This document shows, one piece after another, positions 1 through 13,349 of a stretch of DNA of 64,000 nucleotides. Where the stretch lies: NCBI GenBank assembly GCA_964016885.1, contig OZ024746.1:19654001-19718000 (forward strand), read 5' to 3'. Position 1 is the first letter of the stretch; each line of letters starts with the position of its first letter. Below the pieces are notes generated by a model that saw only the letters and a list, made by a program, of their open reading frames with translations, did no database searches and had not been told where the DNA came from. The stretch is from Eledone cirrhosa (Eukaryota). Made by a program: the position numbers and the translations under genes.

Positions 1-175
1 TGCATGTATATGTATATATATAGATTTATATATATGTATACATAACATGTTTTCAACTTGTACAAAAATCCCTAGGGATCTAATTGACATTGTACATATA
101 TATATATATTTAATTAAATAACTCTGTTCTATGCATAAAGCACTCTTTTTTCCTTTGCTTTTCCTTTGGAATTAC

Positions 176-300
<125 letters not shown>

Positions 301-464
301 ATTATAAGTTTGTTAAAATAATCAAATTAATTCCACAATTAAACACACATAGGAATAATAAGATTGTTACCAAAGAGCCAGAAAATTGACAAGTCGACCC
401 TAGATATGACTAATAGCTCTGGGAAAGCCATGAACGACACCACATCTTTTTAAGTTTGATTTTG

Positions 465-765
465 AAAGTAGGTTTATAATTATTAATTTTCGTTGTACTT
501 TCGTGGCTGTCTTGGCAACCTAATTGGTGGAATCATAGACGGTGGTGATCCTGGTCTGAAGTTCGATCCTGGTCGGGAGTAGGGTTCCAGCTGAACCATT
601 TTAGTTTTTATTTTCTATGTAAAATAAAAACTGAAAAAGATTACATATACCTCTCGACCAGGATTGAACCCAAGACCAGGATCTCCACCGTCTCTAGTAC
701 CGACCGCTATGCCACTGAGACAGCTACAAAAGTCTACTGAAAATTCATACTGATAAACGTACTTT
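465..765. repeat. About 300 bp imperfect palindrome whose arms carry tRNA-like (B-box) sequence
   Basis: Left arm AAAGTAGGTTTAT...GACGGTGGTGATCCTGGTCTGAAGTTCGATCCTGGTCGGGAG is the reverse complement of right arm CTCTCGACCAGGATTGAACCCAAGACCAGGATCTCCACCGTC...ATAAACGTACTTT; centre near 615. Confidence 0.8.
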
Positions 766-1376
766 ACTGTTACTTTATTTTATTACTGGTTCATACTCAC
801 CAATTGTAGGTTGATGAGGTTATTTAACTCATAGTTTGGGTAGATGGCCGTTCACTCTGAGGAAGTTATCTGTCTTTTTAACAGCTCTTTTTTTGTGTGT
901 GTGCTGCTTGGGTTCCACCCCAGACCAAGGTCTTGTAGCGGTTTACTCGTTTACTCGCCGGCCACTTAAGGAGGTTTTACTGGGTTATATAGTACCAGTA
1001 GCTGGCAGAAGCCTGACCTGGTGATAAGTCTTTACTATAACCTCGCCGGATATCGTGTAGCAGCCCGTCGGATGGATTATACCTATAATTCAAAGGTCCG
1101 GCCGGACCTTGTCCCATTAAATGCCACTCTCAGTTGGTTTGTGGGTACACGTGGTCTGTGGAATACTCAACCACTTACACATCACATTAGTTCACGAGTT
1201 GGACGTTTCAGGTGATTGACCAACTGAATGCTCATCCTCGAAATCGACGAAGGATCCATCACTGAAGTAAAACATCGAACGAAAAAATAGTGTAAAATGA
1301 TGAAGGAGATCAACTGTAAATGTTCGTCTCTGTTCCGAACTCACTGCAAACAAATTACTTTAATGACGAGTTAATT

Positions 1377-1490
1377 TTATGTAATTAAAACAAGCTTTTG
1401 CGCTCATTTCTCAACCTGACCTACACCGAAAAAAAGTCCCCTGACCGCATCGGCGAGCCTCATCTGGGAAAACTTTTTATCGCTGATTAT
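1377..1490 (-). pseudogene. FANCC-like terminal exon relic
   Basis: Acceptor ttttctattttaag, phase 0. Reads IISDKKFSQMRLADAVRGLFFGVGQVEK*AQKLVLIT*. The TGA at 1404-1406 falls in an EKLAREL-like motif; TAA at 1377-1379. Confidence 0.55.
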
Positions 1491-1890
1491 CTTAAAATAG
1501 AAAACAAATGTAAATTATTTACAGCCAAAAGAGATGTGTTACGAAAAAGAACAACCAAAACAGAGGAACAAAAATAAAGAACAAAAAAAGGGTAAACGTA
1601 AAGAGAAATTTGTGCGGCGGTTTTCCACAAGCAGGCAATATTAATATGACTGCGCCGTCCCATTAATTTAACGTACCACACCCAAATGTATATAGTTTCT
1701 CTACAGTTATTTACAACTCTATTTTGTTTTGTTATGTTTTTGATTACGTTTTTGTTTTGTTTTGTTTTGTTTTTTGTTTTTTTCTGTCTATGTTTTACTA
1801 CAATCTGGTACCCCGACCGTCTTTCCTTTCGTACATGTAATGTGTGTTTGTTATGATCGAAAGAGTTTGTTTTGAAAAATCTGTCATGCC

Positions 1891-1957
<67 letters not shown>

Positions 1958-1975
1958 TCTCTCACACACACACAC

Positions 1976-3159
1976 ATCGATGACTTCGCAGAAATGAGAG
2001 CAGATTTCTTCAGCTAATGTGTAACCCTGATCATCCTTGATAGAGCAAATGATTATTTGTAGCAGGTCGAGCAGACACAAGGAGACGTACTTCGTTGTAA
2101 CCACTGCTGGGACGTCCTTCGTTATAACCACTGCTGGGACGTACTTCGTTATAACCACAGCTGGGACGTCCTTCGTTATAACCACTGCTGGGACGTACTT
2201 CGTTATAACCACTGCTGGGACGTACTTCGTTATAACCACTGCTGGGACGTACTTCGTTGTAACCACTGCTGGGACGTCCTTCGTTATAACCACTGCTGGG
2301 ACGTACTTCGTTATAACCACAGCTGGGACGTACTTCGTTATAACCACTGCTGGGACGTACTTCGTTATAACCACTGCTGGGACGTACTTCGTTGTAACCA
2401 CTGCTGGGACGTCCTTCGTTATAACCACTGCTGGGACGTACTTCGTTATAACCACAGCTGGGACGTACTTCGTTATAACCACTGCTGGGACGTCCTTCGT
2501 TATAACCACAGCTGGGACGTCCTTCGTTATAACCACTGCTGGGACGTACTTCGTTATAACCACTGCTGGGACGTACTTCGTTATAACCACAGCTGGGACG
2601 TACTTCGTTATAACCACTGCTGGGACGTCCTTCGTTATAACCACTGCTGGGACGTACTTCGTTATAACCACAGCTGGGACGTACTTCGTTATAACCACTG
2701 CTGGGACGTACTTCGTTGTAACCACAGCTGGGACGTCCTTCGTTGTAACCACTGCTGGGACGTCCTTCGTTGTAACCATTGCTAGGGCGTCCTTCATTGT
2801 AACCACTGCTGGGACGTCCTTCATTGTAACCACTGCTGGGACGTCCTTCATTGTAACCACTGCTGGGACGTCCTTCGTTGTAACCACTGCTGGGACGTCC
2901 TTCATTGTAACCACTGCTGGGACGTCCTTCATTGTAACCATTGCTGGGACGTCCTTCATTGTAACCACTGCTGGGACGTCCTTCATTGTAACCACTGCTG
3001 GGACGTCCTTCATTGTAACCACTGCTGGGACGTCCTTCATTGTAACCATTGCTGGGACGTCCTTCATTGTAACCACTGCTGGGACGTCATTCACTGTAAC
3101 CACTGCTGGGACGTCCTTCATTGTAACCACTGCTGGGACGTCCTTCGTTGTAACCATTG
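1976..3159 (-). pseudogene. FANCC-like penultimate exon relic, expanded by a 27-bp minisatellite
   Basis: Acceptor catgttccag (AG at 3161-3160); donor GTGTGT at 1975. Unique part reads TKYVSLCLLDLLQIIICSIKDDQGYTLAEEICSHFCEVID; frame open throughout. Confidence 0.6.
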
Positions 3160-3163
3160 CTGG
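2084..3163. repeat. 27-bp minisatellite, about 40 copies (GACGTACTTCGTTATAACCACTGCTGG and variants)
   Basis: Direct tandem periodicity; 9-aa repeat in the ORF track (VITKYVPAV / VTMKDVPAV). Confidence 0.97.
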
Positions 3164-3259
3164 AACATGAATATGCTATTTTGAAATGTATGTCTATCCT
3201 AGCGAGCATGAGCATTTGGGGCTCGTTGGTGTGGAGGAGAGGTGTCTAAAGTCTAAGTC

Positions 3260-3540
3260 TAAACTCTGTCTCGAGCCCCGAGGTTCATCAGGCTGGTATT
3301 TATCTCAGTTTCCGTGGCATTAAGCTACTGGGAATACAAAACTCCCTCCTTGGACAGGACGCCAATCCATCGCAGGGTTAAACCCCCTGCTCTCGCTGGT
3401 ACATATTTTCAGTTGAGTATACTGAATCAACGTGAAATGAAGTGTTCAAGAACACAACACACAACCCAGTCCAGGAATCAAGCCCACGACAGTATGTTCG
3501 TAAATCCAACACACTTACTACTAGGCCACGCGCCTCCACC
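3260..3540 (-). mobile_element. tRNA-derived SINE (Meta/V-domain-like family)
   Basis: Minus strand reads GGAGGCGCGTGGCCTAGTAGTAAG...TGTGTTGTGTTCTTGAACACTTCATTTCACGTTG...CCCTGCGATGGATTGGCGTCCTGTCCAAG; similar to copies at 55850 and 62180. Confidence 0.75.
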
Positions 3541-3787
3541 GGAGGATGGTTACTCGAAATTTGAAACAGATATAGATGCAAATACCAGTTTCTAATAAAA
3601 AGGCATTTTATCAATCGATGACATGCACCTAGTACAAATCACACAACACATCTTAAAAGAAATATTATTTTCTGTCTTTCTTAGCTGTAAAAATATCGAT
3701 TATTTTGTCGATATTTTTGCTGTCATATTGGCAGATTTTAGTATTGTCACCCTGTTTAGACGAATTTAATTCATTGTACTTCTCAGA

Positions 3788-4021
3788 TTCTAAGACGATT
3801 CTCCAAGGAACCGTGCAGGGGGAGAGAAGGCAGGGCAGACAAAGGAAGAGGAGGATTCACAATGTAGCTGAGTGGACAAGGAAGAACTTTGCCAAAACCA
3901 AAGCACTCGCCCGTGACCGCCAGAGATGGGGGTAGTTAGTACAGCGTTCGAAACTGCAGTGTCACAACGACCCAGAAAGGGGTTAAGGGACCATGATGAT
4001 GATGATGATGATTATGATGAT
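3788..4021 (+). mobile_element. RTE-clade LINE 3' fragment with (GAT)n tail
   Basis: KTILQGTVQGERRQGRQRKR resembles the RTE/BovB ORF2 C-terminus; ends in (GAT)n. Confidence 0.8.
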
Positions 4022-4584
4022 TCAGATATATTTTTTATTAATATGAGGATGCTGAAGAAGCCCTCTGCAGTTCACCGATGTAGTTGCCAAGATACACCAA
4101 GGCACCCCTCTGCAGTTCGCCGCATAACAGGAATGGTTGTCAAGATACCAGTGAATTTGTTGTAGACTGTAGTAAGCGAAGAAGATCGCTCTTGTAAATG
4201 CTTTCAACAATACCAACTGCAGTTTCCTGGAATCTTAATGGATGTGTATGGTCCGTCACAAACTTTGTGTTGATGGCCTTTTCTGCCATTAGGAAAGCCA
4301 AATTGACACAATATTATGATACAAGTTGATAGTGCTCATCTTAATTAACTGTTTCATTAGAATTTGGAGCAACCAAAAGAGATTTAACTCTTAACGTCCT
4401 GTACCACATGAAACCACATTATTAGTAATGCATCTTGAAAAGTACAAAACAGTACAATGACTGCGTCACATAAAAAAGATGAAGTTTGTACTCTAATATT
4501 GCACATAACCCGCCCGTGACATATCACTGAATGAAAACTACATGAGTAATTTTTATTTTTGTCCCTGTCATTTTATTCATGTAC

Positions 4585-4641
4585 CTGTCTGATGAGGTCG
4601 CAACTATTACATAACGGTGAACATCGAAATACGTATTACAG
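4585..4641 (+). ncRNA. Minimal type I hammerhead ribozyme motif
   Basis: Stem I CTGT/ACAG; core CTGATGA; stem II GGT...ATC; GAAA; palindromic stem III ATACGTAT; cleavage triplet AUU. Confidence 0.6.
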
Positions 4642-6975
4642 CGATTGTGTAACAAATAAATAAAATAAACTCTAACCTACTGACTTCTACTTCATTGTTA
4701 TCATTGTTATATATATACATAAACACATAGATATATATGTGTGTAGTAGGTAAATGCAAGTATCTACACATTCGCACTCACAAGTTTATGATTTATTCGT
4801 GGAAAGAAACGCAAAAACAAAACTAAGCAAACAAAAACAAAAAAAAACCAGATAAACAACGTCAAAACAAATAAATAAATCCAGTTCAGTTTCTTTCTGG
4901 TCGACTAATTTTATCGAGAAATTGCTCTCTAGCCAAAAAAATATAACTAAAGATAAATACTAACAGCTTCTCCACTCACAGAACCAACAACACCGACTGT
5001 AGCTGTTGGGTTTGCGTTTGTTTGTCTAGAAACGACTAGGAACATTAAACGGTGTAATGCAGGCTGTAAATCTGACTGTTTTCTTATTGCACCTTCCCCA
5101 CCTTCCCCAAACCTTTATAATTGTCTGTTTGTCTTTTTTTTTTATCTGTCAAAGAAACATTTTTTTTTTTACTTTTGGGTTCTCGTATAAAATAAAGACA
5201 CCGATTGCAAACTGTGTATGTATATTTCGACGTCAAACATACAGAACAGAACTGGGTGTGTATGTGTGTGTGTATGTATATGTATGTTTGTATATTCGCG
5301 TGTATTTAAAGAAGAATACGTAAATATGACATTGTAAAGAAATAACAAAGATTATTAAAGTGAACTAATAATACATCAGAATAAGAGATTTATAAAAATT
5401 AACAGGTGGTTAATTTTTTGCAATGTTTATCATAACGTGTGGTCAACGAGATTCTAATCCCAGATAAGACTAGTCTAAACACAGTTTTGGTGAATAGACA
5501 GACAAAAAACATGTGTCATAAAAACACCGAAATATTACCCACGTATTCATCATGAAAAGCAGATTTTTCACAACCCAAAAATATTTCTTAGAATTGATGC
5601 GCCATTTTCTATAGCGTAACGAGGACAAAAACCTAAATCTATTTTTAAACCGGGTGCTAATCTATTACAGCTAACTTTTATATTTGGATCTAACATATTT
5701 TAAGTAAGCCTAGTCGAATGAAATTAAGTGTTTTGTTCGGTGAACCAACAAAATGCCTGCAGTCGATCTTTTGGTCAATACACCTCTCTTGACATGATTT
5801 TGAAATATGTCATTGTTTAATGGAAACGAAAAGGTTTAGGAATAAAACGAGGTTATGAAATTTATATAATTTATTTATTTGAAAAATTATTTTTGAATTA
5901 TTTAAAATATGTGTATTTTAAACAATGAAAATAAAACAAGATCAGATGTAGGTTGTTAAGAATACTTCATTATTTTACCGTCGTTTCAGATGGTTGATTG
6001 ATCATGGTAAATCGAATGATCGAACACGAGGTAGTGGTTATGTCACTACTTTGTTAGTGTCAATATTCGAGATCAATCACTTCGACTTCTTCAAAAGCAA
6101 AAAGTTTTTTCATTATACAAAATACACATATTTTAATGACCCTGCCGCTAGTAAGAAGTACTAGAAACTTCCCCTCGTCTGTCTTTGAATCTACCTTATA
6201 CGACGGAGGCCAACCACAAAAACTTAAGCCACGAACGTATTATCTACAACGCTGCATTGAGTTCTATCAACATTATCTGTCCTACCTTTAATAAGTGTAT
6301 ACTAATTTAGTATATTCAATATATTTCAAATGTAATTTAAATATATGACATAAATGAAATAGAAGGCTGAAGAACGACCTAAAATGTAATAAACCAATAA
6401 ACAGTATCTGGAAAATAAAAGAGCAGGGTATGACTAATTAAAATTCATCTGAAGAAACAGAGAATCTGTTGTTAACAGCACGACACCAAGTGTTGAGATC
6501 AAGTGTCTAAGAAAAGTAAATAGACAGGGAGGAAATGAACTGATAAATTATTTATTTATCTGACGTTCTTTGTAAAATAAATAGTGTCAAACATCGAAGT
6601 GTCTATATTGTCTACCTAATTTACGTAACCAATGAAACACATACATCTAAGTTCTAAGCCAGAAGCCGGTAGACTTCTAGAGAAATAGAAATGGAACATG
6701 TTATATTCATACTTCTCCTAGCTACTTTACAGCTTCCCTTACTTCCCATTTTTTTAATCTTTTTTTTTTTTTTTGCTTATTCTGCCTCCAGTTGGTCTTC
6801 CCTATTTTAATTTTTAATTTTATTATTTTATTTTACTTTATTTTTATTTTTATTTTTATTTTTATTTTTATTTTTATTTTTATTTTTATATTCACTTATC
6901 ACTGTAATCTTGTTATTTGTTTGTTTCTCAACTGTAAGAAGTACTAGATACTTCTCCCCGTCTGTCATGGCTTAC

Positions 6976-9900
6976 TAGCTCTATACGGACGTTTAAATTG
7001 ATTAAATAAATAAATAAATAATGTAAAAAATTGTGTTAAAATGAAGCTGCAGACGTGGTTGAGGAGAGAACTATTCTCTGGGATAGTAAATATACAACAG
7101 ACGTGGTCGATGGAGAGAACCATTCTCTGGGATAGTAAATATACACCAGATGTGGTTGATGGAGAGAACCATTCTTTGGGATAGTAAATGTACAACAGAC
7201 GTGGTTGGTGGAGAGAACCATTCTCTGGGATAGTAAATATACACCAGATGTGGTCGATGGAGAGAACCATTCTCTGGGATAGTAAATATACAACAGACGT
7301 GGTTGGTGGAGAGAACCATTCTCTGGGATAGTAAATATACACCAGATGTGGTTGATGGAGAGAACCATTCTCTGGGATAGTAAATATACACCAGATGTGG
7401 TCGATGGAGAGAACCATTCTCTGGGATAGTAAATATACACCAGATGTGGTTGATGGAGAGAACCATTCTCTGGGATAGTAAATATACACCAGATGTGGTT
7501 GATGGAGAGAACCATTCTCTGGGATAGTAAATATACACCAGATGTGGTTGGTGGAGAGAACCATTCTCTGGGATAGTAAATGTACAACAGACGTGGTTGA
7601 TGGAGAGAACCATTCTCTGGGATAGTAAATATACACCAGATGTGGTTGGTGGAGAGAACCATTCTCTGGGATAGTAAATATACACCAGATGTGGTCGATG
7701 GAGAGAACCATTCTCTGGGATAGTAAATATACACCAGATGTGGTTGATGGAGAGAACCATTCTCTGGGATAGTAAATATACACCAGATGTGGTTGATGGA
7801 GAGAACCATTCTCTGGGATAGTAAATATACACCAGATGTGGTTGGTGGAGAGAACCATTCTCTGGGATAGTAAATGTACAACAGACGTGGTTGATGGAGA
7901 GAACCATTCTCTGGGATAGTAAATATACACCAGATGTGGTTGGTGGAGAGAACCATTCTCTGGGATAGTAAATATACACCAGATGTGGTTGGTGGAGAGA
8001 ACCATTCTCTGGGATAGTAAATATACACCAGATGTGGTTGATGGAGAGAACCATTCTCTGGGATAGTAAATATACACCAGATGTGGTTGGTGGAGAGAAC
8101 CATTCTCTGGGATAGTAAATATACACCAGATGTGGTCGATGGAGAGAACCATTCTCTGGGATAGTAAATGTACAACAGACGTGGTTGATGGAGAGAACCA
8201 TTCTCTGGGATAGTAAATATACACCAGATGTGGTTGGTGGAGAGAACCATTCTCTGGGATAGTAAATATACACCAGATGTGGTCGATGGAGAGAACCATT
8301 CTCTGGGATAGTAAATATACACCAGATGTGGTTGGTGGAGAGAACCATTCTCTGGGATAGTAAATATACAACAGATGTGGTTGATGGAGAGAACCATTCT
8401 CTGGGATAGTAAATGTACAACAGACGTGGTTGGTGGAGAGAACCATTCTCTGGGATAGTAAATATACACCAGATGTGGTTGATGGAGAGAACCATTCTCT
8501 GGGATAGTAAATGTACAACAGACGTGGTTGGTGGAGAGAACCATTCTCTGGGATAGTAAATATACACCAGATGTGGTTGGTGGAGAGAACCATTCTCTGG
8601 GATAGTAAATATACAACAGACGTGGTTGGTGGAGAGAACCATTCTCTGGGATAGTAAATATACACCAGATGTGGTTGGTGGAGAGAACCATTCTCTGGGA
8701 TAGTAAATATACACCAGACGTGGTTGGTGGAGAGAACCATTCTCTGGAATAGTAAATATACACCAGATGTGGTTGGTGGAGAGAACCATTCTCTGGGATA
8801 GTAAATATACAACAGATGTGGTTGATGGAGAGAACCATTCTCTGGGATAGTAAATGTACAACAGACGTGGTTGGTGGAGAGAACCATTCTCTGGGATAGT
8901 AAATATACACCAGATGTGGTTGATGGAGAGAACCATTCTCTGGGATAGTAAATATACAACAGACGTGGTTGGTGGAGAGAACCATTCTCTGGGATAGTAA
9001 ATATACACCAGATGTGGTTGGTGGAGAGAACCATTCTCTGGGATAGTAAATATACACCAGACGTGGTTGGTGGAGAGAACCATTCTCTGGAATAGTAAAT
9101 ATACACCAGATGTGGTTGGTGGAGAGAACCATTCTCTGGGATAGTAAATATACAACAGATGTGGTTGATGGAGAGAACCATTCTCTGGGATAGTAAATGT
9201 ACAACAGACGTGGTTGGTGGAGAGAACCATTCTCTGGGATAGTAAATATACACCAGATGTGGTTGATGGAGAGAACCATTCTCTGGGATAGTAAATATAC
9301 AACAGACGTGGTTGGTGGAGAGAACCATTCTCTGGGATAGTAAATATACACCAGATGTGGTTGGTGGAGAGAACCATTCTCTGGGATAGTAAATATACAC
9401 CAGACGTGGTTGGTGGAGAGAACCATTCTCTGGGATAGTAAATATACACCAGATGTGGTTGGTGGAGAGAACCATTCTCTGGGATAGTAAATATACACCA
9501 GACGTGGTTGGTGGAGAGAACCATTCTCTGGAATAGTAAATATACACCAGATGTGGTTGGTGGAGAGAACCATTCTCTGGGATAGTAAATATACACCAGA
9601 TGTGGTTGGTGGAGAGAACCATTCTCTGGGATAGTAAATATACACCAGATGTGGTTGGTGGAGAGAACCATTCTCTGGGATAGTAAATATACACCAGATG
9701 TGGTTGGTGGAGAGAACCATTCTCTGGGATAGTAAATATACACCAGATGTGGTTGGTGGAGAGAACCATTCTCTGGGATAGTAAATATACACCAGATGTG
9801 GTTGGTGGAGAGAACCATTCTCTGGGATAGTAAATATACACCAGATGTGGTTGGTGGAGAGAACCATTCTCTGGGATAGTAAATGTACACCAGATGTGGT

Positions 9901-12836
9901 TGGTGGAGAGAACCATTCTCTGGGATAGTAAATATACACCAGATGTGGTTGGTGGAGAGAACCATTCTCTGGGATAGTAAATATACACCAGATGTGGTTG
10001 GTGGAGAGAACCATTCTCTGGGATAGTAAATATACACCAGATGTGGTTGGTGGAGAGAACCATTCTCTGGGATAGTAAATGTACACCAGATGTGGTTGGT
10101 GGAGAGAACCATTCTCTGGGATAGTAAATATACACCAGATGTGGTTGGTGGAGAGAACCATTCTCTGGGATAGTAAATATACACCATATGTGGTTGGTGG
10201 AGAGAACCATTCTCTGGGATAGTAAATATACACCAGATGTGGTTGGTGGAGAGAACCATTCTCTGGGATAGTAAATATACAACAGATGTGGTTGATGGAG
10301 AGAACCATTCTCTGGGATAGTAAATATACAACAGATGTGGTTGGTGGAGAGAACCATTCTCTGGGATAGTAAATATACACCAGATGTGGTTGATGGAGAG
10401 AACCATTCTCTGGGATAGTAAATATACACCAGATGTGGTTGGTGGAGAGAACCATTCTCTGGGATAGTAAATATACAACAGACGTGGTTGGTGGAGAGAA
10501 CCATTCTCTGGGATAGTAAATATACAACAGACGTGGTTGGTGGAGAGAATCAGTCTCTGGGATAGTAAATATACAACAGATGTGGTTGGTGGAGAGAATC
10601 AGTCTCTGGGATAGTAAATATACACCAGATGTGGTTGATGGAGAGAACCATTCTCTGGGATAGTAAATATACACCAGATGTGGTTGGTGGAGAGAACCAT
10701 TCTCTGGGATAGTAAATATACAACAGACGTGGTTGGTGGAGAGAACCATTCTCTGGGATAGTAAATATACAACAGATGTGGTTGGTGGAGAGAATCAGTC
10801 TCTGGGATAGTAAATGTACAACAGACGTGGTTGATGGAGAGAACCATTCTCTGGGATAGTAAATATACAACAGATGTGGTTGATGGAGAGAACCATTCTC
10901 TGGGATAGTAAATATACACCAGATGTGGTTGATGGAGAGAACCATTCTCTGGGATAGTAAATGTACACCAGATGTGGTTGATGGAGAGAACCATTCTCTG
11001 GGATAGTAAATATATACCAGATGTGGTTGATGGAGAGAACCATTCTCTGGGATAGTAAATATACACCAGATGTGGTTGATGGAGAGAACCATTCTCTGGG
11101 ATAGTAAATATACACCAGATGTGGTTGGTGGAGAGAACCATTCTCTGGGATAGTAAATATACACCAGATGTGGTTGGTGGAGAGAACCATTCTCTGGGAT
11201 AGTAAATATACACCAGATGTGGTTGGTGGAGAGAACCATTCTCTGGGATAGTAAATGTACAACAGACGTGGTTGGTGGAGAGAACCATTCTCTGGGATAG
11301 TAAATATACACCAGATGTGGTTGGTGGAGAGAACCATTCTCTGGGATAGTAAATGTACAACAGACGTGGTTGGTGGAGAGAACCATTCTCTGGGATAGTA
11401 AATATACACCAGATGTGGTTGGTGGAGAGAACCATTCTCTGGGATAGTAAATATACACCAGATGTGGTTGGTGGAGAGAACCATTCTCTGGGATAGTAAA
11501 TATACACCAGATGTGGTTGGTGGAGAGAACCATTCTCTGGGATAGTAAATATACACCAGATGTGGTTGGTGGAGAGAACCATTCTCTGGGATAGTAAATA
11601 TACAACAGATGTGGTTGGTGGAGAGAACCATTCTCTGGGATAGTAAATGTACAACAGACGTGGTTGGTGGAGAGAACCATTCTCTGGGATAGTAAATATA
11701 CACCAGATGTGGTTGATGGAGAGAACCATTCTCTGGGATAGTAAATATACACCAGATGTGGTTGGTGGAGAGAACCATTCTCTGGGATAGTAAATATACA
11801 CCAGATGTGGTTGATGGAGAGAACCATTCTCTGGGATAGTAAATATACACCAGATGTGGTTGATGGAGAGAACCATTCTCTGGGATAGTAAATATACACC
11901 AGATGTGGTTGGTGGAGAGAACCATTCTCTGGGATAGTAAATATACAACAGACGTGGTTGGTGGAGAGAACCATTCTCTGGGATAGTAAATATACACCAG
12001 ACGTGGTTGGTGGAGAGAACCATTCTCTGGGATAGTAAATATACACCAGATGTGGTTGATGGAGAGAACCATTCTCTGGGATAGTAAATATACACCAGAT
12101 GTGGTTGATGGAGAGAACCATTCTCTGGGATAGTAAATATACACCAGATGTGGTTGGTGGAGAGAACCATTCTCTGGGATAGTAAATGTACAACAGACGT
12201 GGTTGGTGGAGAGAACCATTCTCTGGGATAGTAAATGTACAACAGACGTGGTTGGTGGAGAGAACCATTCTCTGGGATAGTAAATATAGACCATATGTGG
12301 TTGGTGGAGAGAACCATTCTCTGGGATAGTAAATATACACCAGATGTGGTTGATGGAGAGAACCATTCTCTGGGATAGTAAATATACACCAGATGTGGTT
12401 GGTGGAGAGAACCATTCTCTGGGATAGTAAATATACAACAGACGTGGTTGGTGGAGAGAACCATTCTCTGGGATAGTAAATATACACCAGATGTGGTTGA
12501 TGGAGAGAACCATTCTCTGGGATAGTAAATGTACAACAGACGTGGTTGGTGGAGAGAACCATTCTCTGGGATAGTAAATATACACCAGATGTGGTTGGTG
12601 GAGAGAACCATTCTCTGGGATAGTAAATATACACCAGATGTGGTCGATGGAGAGAACCATTCTCTGGGATAGTAAATATACACCAGATGTGGTTGGTGGA
12701 GAGAACCATTCTCTGGGATAGTAAATATACACCAGATGTGGTTGGTGGAGAGAACCATTCTCTGGGATAGTAAATATACACCAGACGTGGTTGGTGGAGA
12801 GAACCATTCTCTGGGATAGTAAATATACAACAGAAA
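6976..12836 (-). pseudogene. FANCC-like exon relic expanded by a 49-bp minisatellite
   Basis: Acceptor tttctccccag (AG at 12838-12837); donor GTAAGC at 6975. Splice phases (2 in, 1 out) fit the flanking relics; one frame gives FLLYIYYPRE. Confidence 0.5.
7050..12834. repeat. 49-bp minisatellite, about 118 copies (CCATTCTCTGGGATAGTAAATATACACCAGATGTGGTTGGTGGAGAGAA)
   Basis: Direct tandem periodicity with few variant positions; the 49-aa peptide repeat equals three DNA units. Confidence 0.98.
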
Positions 12837-13349
12837 CTGGGGAGAAATGTTGAGTTGTTGACACAAAATAGTCGAATGAAAAGTATGTCAAAGAAACAAG
12901 AAAAAATGTTAAGACGACTATTTTCATTGGTAGTTCTGTTAACTAGATGGTTTTCCTGATCCTAACTTTAGATAAGAACATTTTATAGAGAGATAAGAAA
13001 TTACAAAAACTTACATGGAATTTCTTAATTTAGAACAGAGAGGGAAAAAATACCCACATCCCATATATATGATATAATGCTTTTAGATATAAAAAAAGGG
13101 GGCAACGGGAAGAGAAAAGAGAATTAAAGAATTATTATACTATTTTTTTTGTGTTTGAACAAGAATTGCATGTTGAAATGACACTTAACTTAAAACCTAA
13201 CTCATGAAGAGAACAGCCAATAACTGAGAAGATAGTTAATAAATATGGTGGATTAAATCTAGTTAAGGCGGTGCCCCAGCATGGCCGCAGTACAAGGGTT
13301 AATAAATTATATTTCGCGCCATCTTGAATATCTTCATTATTTATATTTC

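Noticed and set aside
2037-3170. Plus-strand mucin-like ORF (FVITTAGT)n, and likewise 35946..37442
   Set aside because: Antisense reading of the arrays; splice signals and protein-like flanks are on the minus strand.
7050-12834. CRISPR-like array with a short palindrome in each unit
   Set aside because: Units are contiguous with no unique spacers and no cas genes, in a eukaryotic context; it is a minisatellite.
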